A DNA stretch of 64,000 nucleotides from Rickettsiales bacterium (GTDB lineage Bacteria > Pseudomonadota > Alphaproteobacteria > Rickettsiales > UBA8987), in NCBI GenBank assembly GCA_965222525.1, contig OZ244955.1, forward strand, positions 256,025 to 320,024, in the 5' to 3' direction. The notes under the pieces are model-generated. The model was not told where the DNA came from. It ran no database searches and worked only from the letters and a program-made list of their open reading frames with translations. A program made the position numbers and the translations under genes. Positions 45,332 through 55,108 of this stretch are shown one piece after another. Positions within the stretch are counted from its first letter, which is position 1. Every line of letters begins with the position of its first letter.

Positions 45332-45865
45332 ATGACAGATCGTAATGCCGGAAAGCTGCTGGATGAGCTGGAAAAGATAGAAGTCCCCGCATACAGTTCC
45401 AGACTGCATGTCCATACGAAAGACGTGCCGACGGATCTTACCCTGGGAAAGCTCGATAAAATTCTTGATACGGTTGCGGAAGCTATAGATCAAAACCGCA
45501 TATCATTATCTGAAGATGGAAGTAAGGCCAGACTTAACAGGAATCTGCAATTCAGGGAGGGGTTGCTGGATAATCCTGTTATGCTGTCCCTTACCGCGGC
45601 TGTTATTTTCAACCCCGAAGAAAAGCTGAAGATTCTGGCAGCCAAGGTGGTGCAGGAGGCAGAAAAACTTGACAGGTCAATTGACCCGAAAACATTCAAA
45701 ATGACGGACGGAGTGTATAACCGGCTTGAAAAAATAGCCGGAAGCTTTAATGAAAATATGAATAACGCAGGGGTGGACAGAAAATTTGTCAGCACCAGCC
45801 TTAATTCAATCGCCACCGCCATCCCGGAACTGATGGAACAAAGATACACGACTCTTTCTATGTGA
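45332..45865 (+). CDS. Hypothetical protein (177 aa)
   Basis: It starts immediately after the upstream stop codon (TAG ATG). Helical-looking, with no recognisable motifs. Confidence 0.5.
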   Translation: MTDRNAGKLLDELEKIEVPAYSSRLHVHTKDVPTDLTLGKLDKILDTVAEAIDQNRISLSEDGSKARLNRNLQFREGLLDNPVMLSLTAAVIFNPEEKLKILAAKVVQEAEKLDRSIDPKTFKMTDGVYNRLEKIAGSFNENMNNAGVDRKFVSTSLNSIATAIPELMEQRYTTLSM

Positions 45866-45967
45866 CATAGCTCACAATTTTTACTGTGAATGCTATGGTA
45901 TTTTGTTAAAATAAAATTATCGTCGTAAAGTAAGGTTATTACATATAAACTCTTTCTTTTTAAGGAT

Positions 45968-46513
45968 ATGAAAATATCTCTAAAAAAACTTATATTTTTC
46001 ATACCATTGGTAATACTGGTAATTTTTGTAATGATGCTTACGTTGCGGCTAGCAGGTGAAAAACTTACGCAAAATTCTACCTCTTTTGTACAATCTCCTC
46101 TGGTTGGCAAGCGGGTGCCAGAATTTACCCTTCCTGCCCTGTATAAAGGTGAAAAAGGGCTGGACAGCAACGACTTTCCGGCAGATGACAATGAAATGGT
46201 TCTGATAAATATTTTCGCATCATGGTGTGTTACATGCCGAGGTGAACATCCATATTTAATGCAACTGGCGCAAAAGGGCATCAAAATATACGGTATAAAC
46301 TGGAAGGACAAACCGCAAGATACAAAGAACTTCCTAGCACAACTCGGTAATCCTTATCAAGAAATCGGGATTGATGAATCCGGCACGGTTGGGGTCGATT
46401 TTGGCATAACTGGTGCTCCTGAAACATTTCTTATCTCAAATGGCACCATACTCTACCGTCACTCCGCTCCTATAACTCCAAAGTTTATTGAGAAAATGTT
46501 TGAAGATTACTAA
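45968..46513 (+). CDS. ccmG: Thiol:disulfide interchange protein DsbE/CcmG (cytochrome c maturation)
   Basis: N-terminal anchor, thioredoxin motif FASWCVTCRGEHP, and GITGAPETFLI. Confidence 0.85.
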   Translation: MKISLKKLIFFIPLVILVIFVMMLTLRLAGEKLTQNSTSFVQSPLVGKRVPEFTLPALYKGEKGLDSNDFPADDNEMVLINIFASWCVTCRGEHPYLMQLAQKGIKIYGINWKDKPQDTKNFLAQLGNPYQEIGIDESGTVGVDFGITGAPETFLISNGTILYRHSAPITPKFIEKMFEDY

Positions 46514-46567
46514 GCTAAATATAGTTAGCTATAAGTGAAATATCGCTTTATGCGAAAATATAAAAAA

Positions 46568-46592
46568 GGGTACCTTCAAAAAGAAGGTACCC
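46568..46592 (-). terminator. Rho-independent terminator of the porin gene
   Basis: GGGTACCTTC-AAAAA-GAAGGTACCC is a perfect 10-bp stem. On the minus strand it is followed by TTTTTT (complement of 46562-46567). Confidence 0.75.
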
Positions 46593-46629
46593 TAAAATAT
46601 AGCTCTTTCTATTACCATCCAGCTGGTTA

Positions 46630-47754
46630 CTAGAAAGTAAGCTCTGCGCCGACAAGCACTACGGAACCGTCATTGTCCGCACTTGCCGCTACGTTATCGT
46701 CAGTATCAAAGAAGCTGACTTCCACGTAAGGTACAAGACCCGGTGCAAGCTGGTAGTCTGCACCAACCACAAGGTTGGAGAACTCGTGCTCGTCAGTACC
46801 GGCAGCCTGTGTCGCCTCACTTTGCAGATAAGTTACACTGATACCGTATGGACCGTTTTCATAAGCGGCACCAAGAGTCCAGAAAGACTGGTCGTCATTA
46901 GGAGCAGCAGTAGTGCTCAGACCACTTTCGCCCCAATCAGCCCATGAACCTGCAACCGAGAAACCTTCGAAATCAGCGCCCAGACCTAAAGCCCATGCTG
47001 CTACATCCTCAGTTGTAGCGGTTTCTGCGCTACCGAACTCACCGGTTGCAGAAGCGTGGATACCCACACCTTCAACTTCACCGCTATATTTAACACCGAC
47101 ACCAACCACATTTTCCTGGTTAGTACCTGTATCGGAAGACAGACCGGAAGCTGTACCTGTATCACCTTCATCAGGAGTAAAGCTCACACCAACCTGAAGG
47201 CCGGAGAATGAAGGAGTGAAATATGATACCTTGGTTGCATCTTCACGCACAGCAGTAGTGAATTGTGAAGGAAGATCCGGAGAAATCAGGAACGGACCGC
47301 CTGTAGCAACATCAACATGACGGTAAAAATCACCGTCAATACCGCCGGTTGCACGAGCAATAGTTGAAGCATCAACTTTCATGCTGTGTACGACACTTAC
47401 ATTGTTACCCATTTCAACACGTCCGGCTTCACTTTCCAGATAGATATATGCCTTGTCGGCATTACCACCGTCACCGTCAGCATCACCGTCAGTATCAGCG
47501 TTAAGCTCGATAACCGCACCGTAAACGATGCCATTATCAGCCTGACCTTCAACATTAACATGAATTTCAGTGTCGGTCACGATATGCTGCTCACGGCTGA
47601 AACCGCCTGTAGCAAACGCAGAATCCTGATCTGCAAAGCCTGCCTGAAAGTCGATGAATCCACCGACTGTCACGGTAGGCCCAGCCGCATGAGCCGCACC
47701 GGCCAGAGCCGCCGCACTCATCAAGGCTGTTGTACCTAAAAGAACTTTTTTCAT
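46630..47754 (-). CDS. Outer-membrane general porin
   Basis: Signal peptide MKKVLLGTTALMSAAALAGAAHA. Alternating beta-strand pattern, an Asp/Gly-rich loop, and a C-terminal ...VGAELTF. Confidence 0.8.
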   Translation of the reverse strand: MKKVLLGTTALMSAAALAGAAHAAGPTVTVGGFIDFQAGFADQDSAFATGGFSREQHIVTDTEIHVNVEGQADNGIVYGAVIELNADTDGDADGDGGNADKAYIYLESEAGRVEMGNNVSVVHSMKVDASTIARATGGIDGDFYRHVDVATGGPFLISPDLPSQFTTAVREDATKVSYFTPSFSGLQVGVSFTPDEGDTGTASGLSSDTGTNQENVVGVGVKYSGEVEGVGIHASATGEFGSAETATTEDVAAWALGLGADFEGFSVAGSWADWGESGLSTTAAPNDDQSFWTLGAAYENGPYGISVTYLQSEATQAAGTDEHEFSNLVVGADYQLAPGLVPYVEVSFFDTDDNVAASADNDGSVVLVGAELTF

Positions 47755-48060
47755 AATTAAATCCTCAAGTTAGTTAAACCCTGTTAAATTTCTAAATTGT
47801 ATCTTAAATGCCATCTGAATGGAGTAGACACAATACGTCTAACGACATGGCAGCTATTTAAACCGCAAGTCCGCCAATTGGCAACCCGATTTATACTATT
47901 ACGATGCAAAAACTCCGATATGGCCGAGTTGTGTTGCCAACTTATCACAGTCACAATTGTGTTGAAATGCGGGATCTTTACAATATATAGGGTATCAACT
48001 GTTGCAGAAATTCGTCAATAATACTATATGTAGGTTTAGGTAGAAATATAGCGTTGTATT

Positions 48061-48735
48061 ATGACAACAGATGTTGTGCAGAATCTTATCGGGGTAAGGA
48101 AGCGGGTTGCTGATGCAGGCAGGAAATATCGGCTGGATATTGAGTGCAATCCCGAGATTATAGCGGTCAGCAAGACGCATGATGCTGATAGCATTCGGCC
48201 GCTGCTTGAGGCAGGGCATCGTGTGTTTGGCGAGAATCGTGTACAGGAGGCTATGAGCAAATGGCCGGCTTTGAAGGTGGATTATCCTGGTGTTGAGTTG
48301 CATTTAATCGGCGCATTGCAGACCAACAAGGTGAAGGATGCGCTCAGGCTGTTTGATGTAATACAGACGGTGGACAGGCCGAAACTTGCCGGCGTGTTGG
48401 CTAAACAACTGGCAAAAGGTGATTATCATGATAAAAAGTTTTTTATCCAGATAAATACCGGTGAGGAGGAGCAGAAGGCCGGTATTATACCGCAAGAGGC
48501 AGATGATTTTATTGGCTATTGTGCGGGGGAACTTGGATTGCCGGTGGTTGGGTTGATGTGTATCCCGCCGGTAGATGACAATCCCGCCTTGCATTTTGCG
48601 TTACTAAAGAAAATCGCCGAGCGTAATAACCTGCCTGAGTTGAGTATGGGCATGAGCGGGGATTTCGAGCTTGCCGCCGCCATGGGCGCTACTTATGTGC
48701 GAGTCGGCACCGCCATTTTCGACACCAGAGGATAA
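48061..48735 (+). CDS. yggS: YggS-family pyridoxal phosphate homeostasis protein
   Basis: IIAVSKTH (PLP Lys), FGENRVQE, HLIGALQTNK and MGMSGDFELA motifs. Confidence 0.9.
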   Translation: MTTDVVQNLIGVRKRVADAGRKYRLDIECNPEIIAVSKTHDADSIRPLLEAGHRVFGENRVQEAMSKWPALKVDYPGVELHLIGALQTNKVKDALRLFDVIQTVDRPKLAGVLAKQLAKGDYHDKKFFIQINTGEEEQKAGIIPQEADDFIGYCAGELGLPVVGLMCIPPVDDNPALHFALLKKIAERNNLPELSMGMSGDFELAAAMGATYVRVGTAIFDTRG

Positions 48736-48762
48736 AGTCCGAAATTTAGTGATATAGTCTCC

Positions 48763-51700
48763 CTAGCTTCTTACCTCTCCTACCCCGGGTAATCCGGAGA
48801 ATTCGATATTGCGGGGGAGGGTGTAGGTTTCGGGGAGGAGGAGTTCCAGCCGAATATTGTTATTAGTTGTGACAATCAAATATATTGCGGTTCGCACTCC
48901 TGCCCCCCTGCTTGTATTTTTGCCGGAATCTTCATCCCCATCTTTACTTTTATTATTACCATTATTATCCAGAATATTTTTTATATCATAAACCGCCTGT
49001 TTATCGGTTATTTCAATCCTCACATTACGCTTGTGCCCTTCAAGATAATCATCGAGCAGAACTATTGATTCGGCCTGCAACCGTACTCCGCCCTCATCCT
49101 TGCGTGCATCTACTTCCACCAGCAGCGGTCTGGTACCTTCCAGCAAGTCACGGCTTTCGGATATAAGTTCATCATTGAAAATGGAGATTTCGATACTGCC
49201 CATATGGTCGGAGATGTTGAGATAGGCGAAGCGGCGGCCTTCACGCTCACGGTGGGTTACCTTGACCACCACCCCGGCAACCTTGATATTACCGCCCTTA
49301 TCCGGTATTTTCTCGGCGAATTCATTGGAGCATATCACCCCGATACGCTGTAAATCCTGCTTATATATATCAAGCGGGTGGGAGGTGAGATAAAACCCTA
49401 CTGCATCAAACTCCCGCATCATCCGCTCCTCGCTTGCCCAGTCTTCTATATCAGGCAGTTTCGGATGGGTGATATCACTGCTTCCGGCATCGCCGAACAG
49501 GTTAATCTGGTTGCTTGCCCGCTCTTCCGCCGCTGCAGCGCTATAGCGGGTGAGGATAGTTGCCGATTCAAATAATTGATGGCGGTTTTTGTTCAGGCAG
49601 TCAAACGCACCGCATTTGGCCAGGCTCTCCAGTTGCCGCTTATTGATAACCTTGTTATTACAGCGAGCGGCAAAATCAAATATATCCCTGAATATACTAT
49701 TCTTCCGGCGCTCCTCCTCCATTTCACTCATCGCATCAATCCCGACCCCTTTAAGTGCCCCCAGACCGTAGCGTATTGCCTTGCCATCCTCGCTGTGTTC
49801 AATGGTAAAATAAGCCCCTGACTTGTTGATATCGGGGGGGAGAATTGCAATACCCGACTTGGAAGCCTCCTCACGTAATATATTAAGCTTGTCGGTATCG
49901 CCGATATCTATATTCATAAATGCGGTAAGGAATTCAACCGGATGGTTGGCCTTGAGATATGCAGTCTGGTAGCCGATGACCGCATATGCCGCCGCATGTG
50001 ACTTGTTAAAACCATATCCGGCAAATTTGGCAACCAGATCAAAGATGGAACTGGCCTGCGTCTTGCTCACACCATTCTTCACCGCACCCTCGACGAACAT
50101 GTCACGCTGTGCATCCATCTCCGCCTTGATTTTCTTGCCCATCGCCCGCCGCAGCAAATCCGCACCGCCAAGGCTGTATCCGGCCAGGATCTTGGCTATT
50201 TCCATCACCTGCTCCTGATAGATAATCACCCCGAAAGTCTCCTTCAGACATTCTTCCAGCATCGGATGCGGATATTCCGGCTTTTCGCGGCCATGCTTGC
50301 GGGCGATATAGGTGGGGATATTCTCCATCGGGCCAGGGCGATAAAGCGAAATCAACGCAATAATATCCTCGATACTGTCCGGCTTTAACTTGCGCAGGGC
50401 ATCGCGCATACCGGCACTTTCCATCTGGAACACGCCGGTAGCATTGCCCCCGGAGAGCATTTTGAATGTAGCTTCATCATCATATGCACTATCCTCTATA
50501 TCAATCTCGCCGCCCTGCTCACGGATTAGTTGACAGGCACGGTCAATAACAGTCAGGGTTTTCAAGCCCAGAAAATCGAACTTCACCAGACCCGCCATCT
50601 CGGCATATTTCATCGAATATTGCGTAGTGGGGATATCAGAGCGATGGTCGCTATATAAAGGCACAATCTCGGTAAGCGGCTTCGAGCCTATAACCACACC
50701 GGCCGCATGGGTCGAGGCATGGCGATGCAGCCCCTCCAGCTTCAGCCCGATATCCAGTAATTGTGCTACCTGTTCATCCTGCTTGGCCTCCTTCTTGAGT
50801 TGCGGGTCCATATCTATGGCCTTTTCAAGCGTCACCGGGTCAATCGGGTTCCACGGTACCATCTTGCATATTCTATCCACCTGCCCGTATGACATCTGCA
50901 ACACCCGCCCGACATCACGCAATACCGCCCGTGCCTGCAACTTACCGAAAGTGATAATCTGCGCTACCTTGTCCGCACCATATCTCTCCTGCACATAATG
51001 GATAACCTCGTCACGGCGATACTGGCAGAAATCAATATCGAAATCCGGCATCGATACCCGCTCGGGATTAAGAAAACGCTCAAACAGCAATCCGAAACGC
51101 AGCGGGTCAAGATCGGTAATCTGCAATACCCAGGCCACCAGCGAACCCGCACCCGAACCACGTCCCGGCCCGACAGGAATCGAGTTACGCTTGCTCCAGC
51201 GGATAAAATCCGAGACTATAAGGAAATAGCCGGGAAAGCCCATCTGTGCGATAACATCCAGCTCATATTCCAGCCGCTCGCAATATTGCGGTTGTTTCTG
51301 CTGCAGGGTTTCATATGAATCCTCCCCCAGACGCCCGCACAGACCAGTCCTGGCCACCGCACGTAATTCCTCTTCCTGCGAACGCCCGCCCTCGGTAGGG
51401 AAATCCGGCAGCATCGGTTTCTGCGGCTCCGGCATAATTGCACAGCGTTGTGCAATAACCAGCGTGTTTTCAATAGCTTCCGGGATATCGGCAAATAACT
51501 CCGCCATCTCCTCCGCCGATTTGAAATAATGTTCAGGAGTATAACGGCGACGTTTTTCCTCACCGACATAACTGCCATCGGCAATACATATCAGTGCATC
51601 CTGCGCCATATGCATATCACGCTCGGAAAAAAACACATCATTGGTAGCCACCAGTGGCAAATCATATTTATACGCAATGTCAATCAGCGGCTTTTCTATA

Positions 51701-52296
51701 TGTTTTTCGCTGTCAAGATTATGCCGCATCAGCTCGATATAAAACCGGTCGGGGAATATTTGCTTGAGTTGTTCCGCAACTTCCTCGGCTTCCCTGATAT
51801 GATCATTTTGCAGATATTTACCAATTATTCCCTCCGGCCCGCCGCTCAATGCTATCAGTCCGGCGGAATGCTGCTGCAACTTATCAAGAGTGACAGTCGG
51901 GTTATGACTATCCTTCCCGTTCAGGAATGAATGGCTGACCAGCTTGAGCAGGTTGCGATATCCCTCCTCATCCCTGGCCAGCAATACCATCTGCCCCGAC
52001 GGTGCCTCCTGCTCACTGACTACTGATGACTGACCACTGACAACTACATTCACCACACAGCCAATAATCGGCTGCACTCCCTCCTTCGCCGCTGCTACCG
52101 CAAATTCCAGCGAGCCAAACAGATTTCCGCTATCGGTAAGTGCCACCGCCGGCATATTATGCTTCCTGCACAAACCAACCAGTTCGGTAATTTTTATCGC
52201 CCCCTCCGCCAGCGAATATGACCCATGCACCCGCAGATGTACAAATTGCGGCTCTGCGGCTTTTGCCTTTGATTTCTGTTTCTTTTTAGGAGGCAT
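48763..52296 (-). CDS. dnaE: DNA polymerase III alpha subunit
   Basis: 1177 aa. PHP domain (FVHLRVHGSYSL), palm/fingers (GPGRGSGAGSLVAW, MPDFDIDF) and an OB-fold C-terminus. Confidence 0.97.
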   Translation of the reverse strand: MPPKKKQKSKAKAAEPQFVHLRVHGSYSLAEGAIKITELVGLCRKHNMPAVALTDSGNLFGSLEFAVAAAKEGVQPIIGCVVNVVVSGQSSVVSEQEAPSGQMVLLARDEEGYRNLLKLVSHSFLNGKDSHNPTVTLDKLQQHSAGLIALSGGPEGIIGKYLQNDHIREAEEVAEQLKQIFPDRFYIELMRHNLDSEKHIEKPLIDIAYKYDLPLVATNDVFFSERDMHMAQDALICIADGSYVGEEKRRRYTPEHYFKSAEEMAELFADIPEAIENTLVIAQRCAIMPEPQKPMLPDFPTEGGRSQEEELRAVARTGLCGRLGEDSYETLQQKQPQYCERLEYELDVIAQMGFPGYFLIVSDFIRWSKRNSIPVGPGRGSGAGSLVAWVLQITDLDPLRFGLLFERFLNPERVSMPDFDIDFCQYRRDEVIHYVQERYGADKVAQIITFGKLQARAVLRDVGRVLQMSYGQVDRICKMVPWNPIDPVTLEKAIDMDPQLKKEAKQDEQVAQLLDIGLKLEGLHRHASTHAAGVVIGSKPLTEIVPLYSDHRSDIPTTQYSMKYAEMAGLVKFDFLGLKTLTVIDRACQLIREQGGEIDIEDSAYDDEATFKMLSGGNATGVFQMESAGMRDALRKLKPDSIEDIIALISLYRPGPMENIPTYIARKHGREKPEYPHPMLEECLKETFGVIIYQEQVMEIAKILAGYSLGGADLLRRAMGKKIKAEMDAQRDMFVEGAVKNGVSKTQASSIFDLVAKFAGYGFNKSHAAAYAVIGYQTAYLKANHPVEFLTAFMNIDIGDTDKLNILREEASKSGIAILPPDINKSGAYFTIEHSEDGKAIRYGLGALKGVGIDAMSEMEEERRKNSIFRDIFDFAARCNNKVINKRQLESLAKCGAFDCLNKNRHQLFESATILTRYSAAAAEERASNQINLFGDAGSSDITHPKLPDIEDWASEERMMREFDAVGFYLTSHPLDIYKQDLQRIGVICSNEFAEKIPDKGGNIKVAGVVVKVTHREREGRRFAYLNISDHMGSIEISIFNDELISESRDLLEGTRPLLVEVDARKDEGGVRLQAESIVLLDDYLEGHKRNVRIEITDKQAVYDIKNILDNNGNNKSKDGDEDSGKNTSRGAGVRTAIYLIVTTNNNIRLELLLPETYTLPRNIEFSGLPGVGEVRS

Positions 52297-52373
52297 GTTC
52301 TACCAACCATAATACTACTGTATATGTTTTTCAAAGCTTGTTTTGTGGAGGGAAGTGATTATATTGCGGGGTT

Positions 52374-53678
52374 ATGGTGAATGAGAAGGAAAATGGGCTT
52401 AATATCGGGATTGCCGGACTTGGTACGGTCGGGGTGGGAGTGCTGCGGATTTTGCTGGAAAAACAGGAATTATTTGCACGCAAAACCGGCAGGGAAATTG
52501 CCGTCCGGGCGGTATCATCCCGTGACCGCAGCAAGGACCGCGGGGTGAGCCTTGATAATATGGACTGGTATGAAAACCCTGTTGATATAGCACATGATGA
52601 CAATATCGACCTTGTGGTTGAGACTATCGGCGGTGATAGCGGGGTTGCGTATGATTTATGCAAGGCTGCCCTTGAAGGCGGCAAACATGTAGTGACTGCC
52701 AACAAGGCGCTGATAGCCAAACATGGCAATGAGTTTGCTGAAATAGCGGAAGGGCAGGGGGCAGCGTTGATGTTTGAGGCTGCGGTTGCCGGCGGCATCC
52801 CTATAGTAAAGGCTTTGCGGGAGGGATTGGCAGCAAATAATTTCAGCCGTATATCCGGCATACTTAACGGCACCTGTAATTATATCATTTCCGGGATGAA
52901 GCAGAAAAACCGTGAGTTTGATGATGTGCTGGCAGAGGCGCAGAGGCTCGGCTATGCAGAAACCCCGCCTGACCTGGATATAGACGGAATCGACACCGCC
53001 CATAAGCTGGCAATAATTACCGCCCTGGCCTATAATTGCAGGCTTGATTTCGACTCCGTACATATAGGTGGAATTCGTAATGTTTCGCTTGCCGATATTA
53101 AATATGCCGATGAGCTGGGATATGAAATCCGCCTGCTGGGGATTGCCAAGCAGACCGAGAGTGGTATAGAGCAACGGGTACATGCCTGTCTGGTGCCGAA
53201 ATCTTCAGTATTTGCACAAGTCTCCGGAGTCACCAATGCTGTGCTGGCCGAATGCGACGCGCTCGGTCCGGCATTCTTCACCGGAGCAGGTGCCGGCCGG
53301 AATCCCACCGCTTCTTCGGTAATAGCAGATATTATTGACATCGCCCGTGGCAATATATCACCGCCATTCGGAATGCAGGTAAATCAGTTGCAGGAAGCCG
53401 AATTTATTGATATTAAGAGCCATACCGGTGAATATTATATGCGGATGCAGGTGAGTGATGAGCCGGGTGTTCTGGCCTCGATTACCTCACTGTTCGGCCA
53501 GCAGGAAATCGGGATGGAGACGGTTTTGCAGAAGGCTGATGAGCAGAGCAAAACCGCGCAGATTGCACTCACCACCCATAATACCAGCGAAATTGCCATA
53601 AAGAAACTTCTGGGCGAGCTGGAGAATATGGAATATATTGTCGAAACCCCGCATATTATAAGGATTGAGCGGGTTTGA
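52374..53678 (+). CDS. hom: Homoserine dehydrogenase
   Basis: NAD-binding IGIAGLGTVGVGV, catalytic region GILNGTCNYI...GYAETPP.DIDG.D, and a C-terminal ACT domain. Confidence 0.9.
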   Translation: MVNEKENGLNIGIAGLGTVGVGVLRILLEKQELFARKTGREIAVRAVSSRDRSKDRGVSLDNMDWYENPVDIAHDDNIDLVVETIGGDSGVAYDLCKAALEGGKHVVTANKALIAKHGNEFAEIAEGQGAALMFEAAVAGGIPIVKALREGLAANNFSRISGILNGTCNYIISGMKQKNREFDDVLAEAQRLGYAETPPDLDIDGIDTAHKLAIITALAYNCRLDFDSVHIGGIRNVSLADIKYADELGYEIRLLGIAKQTESGIEQRVHACLVPKSSVFAQVSGVTNAVLAECDALGPAFFTGAGAGRNPTASSVIADIIDIARGNISPPFGMQVNQLQEAEFIDIKSHTGEYYMRMQVSDEPGVLASITSLFGQQEIGMETVLQKADEQSKTAQIALTTHNTSEIAIKKLLGELENMEYIVETPHIIRIERV

Positions 53679-53702
53679 GAGGAGAAATTAGGGATACGTG
53701 GC

Positions 53703-53860
53703 TGTCACCCCGGACGCATATTTTCTCTGAATCTTTGATTCAGTCAGAAAATAGCGTTCACGGGGTTATTGCGTAGTCACGTACTGTTGCTTATAACCCC
53801 GAGAATGGTGTTTTCTTAGCGAAATCAAAGATTTCGAGAAAACATCCATCCGGGGTGACA
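53703..53860. repeat. MITE-like element, family B
   Basis: TGTCACCCCGGACGCATATTTTCTC ... GAGAAAACATCCATCCGGGGTGACA with inner CACGGGGTTAT/ATAACCCCGAG repeats; 158 bp. Confidence 0.85.
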
Positions 53861-53908
53861 AAATACTAGACTCTAGACTCAAAACTCTAGCCACTAAAGG
53901 AGAAAAAC

Positions 53909-54904
53909 ATGCTGGCAGAAAAGAAAATAACTATTGAACCGCAATATACGCTGGGGCGCAATCTGGCGCTGGAGGCGGTGCGGGTGACCGAAGCGGCAGC
54001 GCTGGCCTGTTCGAAATGGATGGGGCTTGGTGATGAGAAGGCCGCCGACCAAGCGGCTGTGGACGCAATGCGGCGTGCGCTCAACAGCCTGGATATACAG
54101 GGTACGGTTGTGATAGGTGAAGGCGAGCGTGACAAGGCTCCTATGCTTTATATTGGCGAGAAAGTGGGAACCGGAACCGGCCCTGAAGTTGACATAGCGC
54201 TCGACCCGCTGGAGGGTACGACAATTTGCGCCACCGGTGCGCCTAATGCGCTGGCGGTGGTAGCACTGGCGGAGAAGGGCGGATTCCTTAACGCACCCGA
54301 TGTTTATATGGAGAAAATTGCGGTTGGCGGTGGTTTGCCAAATGGAGTGATAAATCTTTCCGACAGTATTGAGAAGAACCTGAAACATCTGGCCAAGGCA
54401 AAGAAATGTGATATTTCCGACCTGTTGGTGGTTATCCTCGACCGCCCGCGCCATGAGGAGCTGATTGCCAGGGTGCGTGAGCAGAAAGCACGTATCCAGC
54501 TTATCGGTGATGGTGATGTAGCGGGGATTATCGCAACCACCCGTCCTGAAACCGCTGTTGACCTTTATGTCGGTATCGGCGGTGCACCTGAAGGTGTGCT
54601 AGCAGCGGCGGCTTTATGCTGTACCGGCGGGCAGATGCAGGGCAGGCTGGTATTTGACGGCTCCAGCAAGGTTGATGATGAGCAGAAGGAGCGTGCGAAA
54701 GCCATGGGCATTACCGACCTGAACAAGATTTATACCCGTGAGGAACTGGCGCATGGTGATGTCATGTTTGCTGCCACCGGTGTTACTACCGGCTGGATGC
54801 TGGAAGGGGTTAAACGCTTCCCGGGCGGTGCGCAGACCCATTCACTGGTAATGCGCTCCCAGACCGGCACCACCCGCCTGGTCACCACCGAGCATAAATT
54901 CTGA
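53909..54904 (+). CDS. glpX: Class II fructose-1,6-bisphosphatase GlpX
   Basis: 331 aa. VTEAAALA...GDEKAADQAAVDAMR...GEGERDKAPML...ALDPLEGT... is the GlpX pattern. Confidence 0.9.
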   Translation: MLAEKKITIEPQYTLGRNLALEAVRVTEAAALACSKWMGLGDEKAADQAAVDAMRRALNSLDIQGTVVIGEGERDKAPMLYIGEKVGTGTGPEVDIALDPLEGTTICATGAPNALAVVALAEKGGFLNAPDVYMEKIAVGGGLPNGVINLSDSIEKNLKHLAKAKKCDISDLLVVILDRPRHEELIARVREQKARIQLIGDGDVAGIIATTRPETAVDLYVGIGGAPEGVLAAAALCCTGGQMQGRLVFDGSSKVDDEQKERAKAMGITDLNKIYTREELAHGDVMFAATGVTTGWMLEGVKRFPGGAQTHSLVMRSQTGTTRLVTTEHKF

Positions 54905-55108
54905 TTTCATATAATATAAATTGAGATGATCAGCTTACTTAGCAAAGATATCTTAAAAACTTTTGGTAAAAAAATATAGTATTTCCTAATTTGAGGTAAA
55001 AGTTAGGGACATAAACTTCATAGGGTATAAAATTGCAGGCATAAAACCAAGCGGTCGTGCTGTACAAAAATCGCTCAACCCGTTCAAACCCTTAAAATAT
55101 TTTTAAAG

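Noticed and set aside
45490-46311. 273-aa minus-strand ORF
   Set aside because: It is antisense to both the 177-aa ORF and the well-supported ccmG gene, and its translation is low-complexity.
52331-52873. 180-aa minus-strand ORF opposite hom
   Set aside because: It is antisense to homoserine dehydrogenase, and its Ala/Ser/Pro-rich translation is typical of a shadow ORF.
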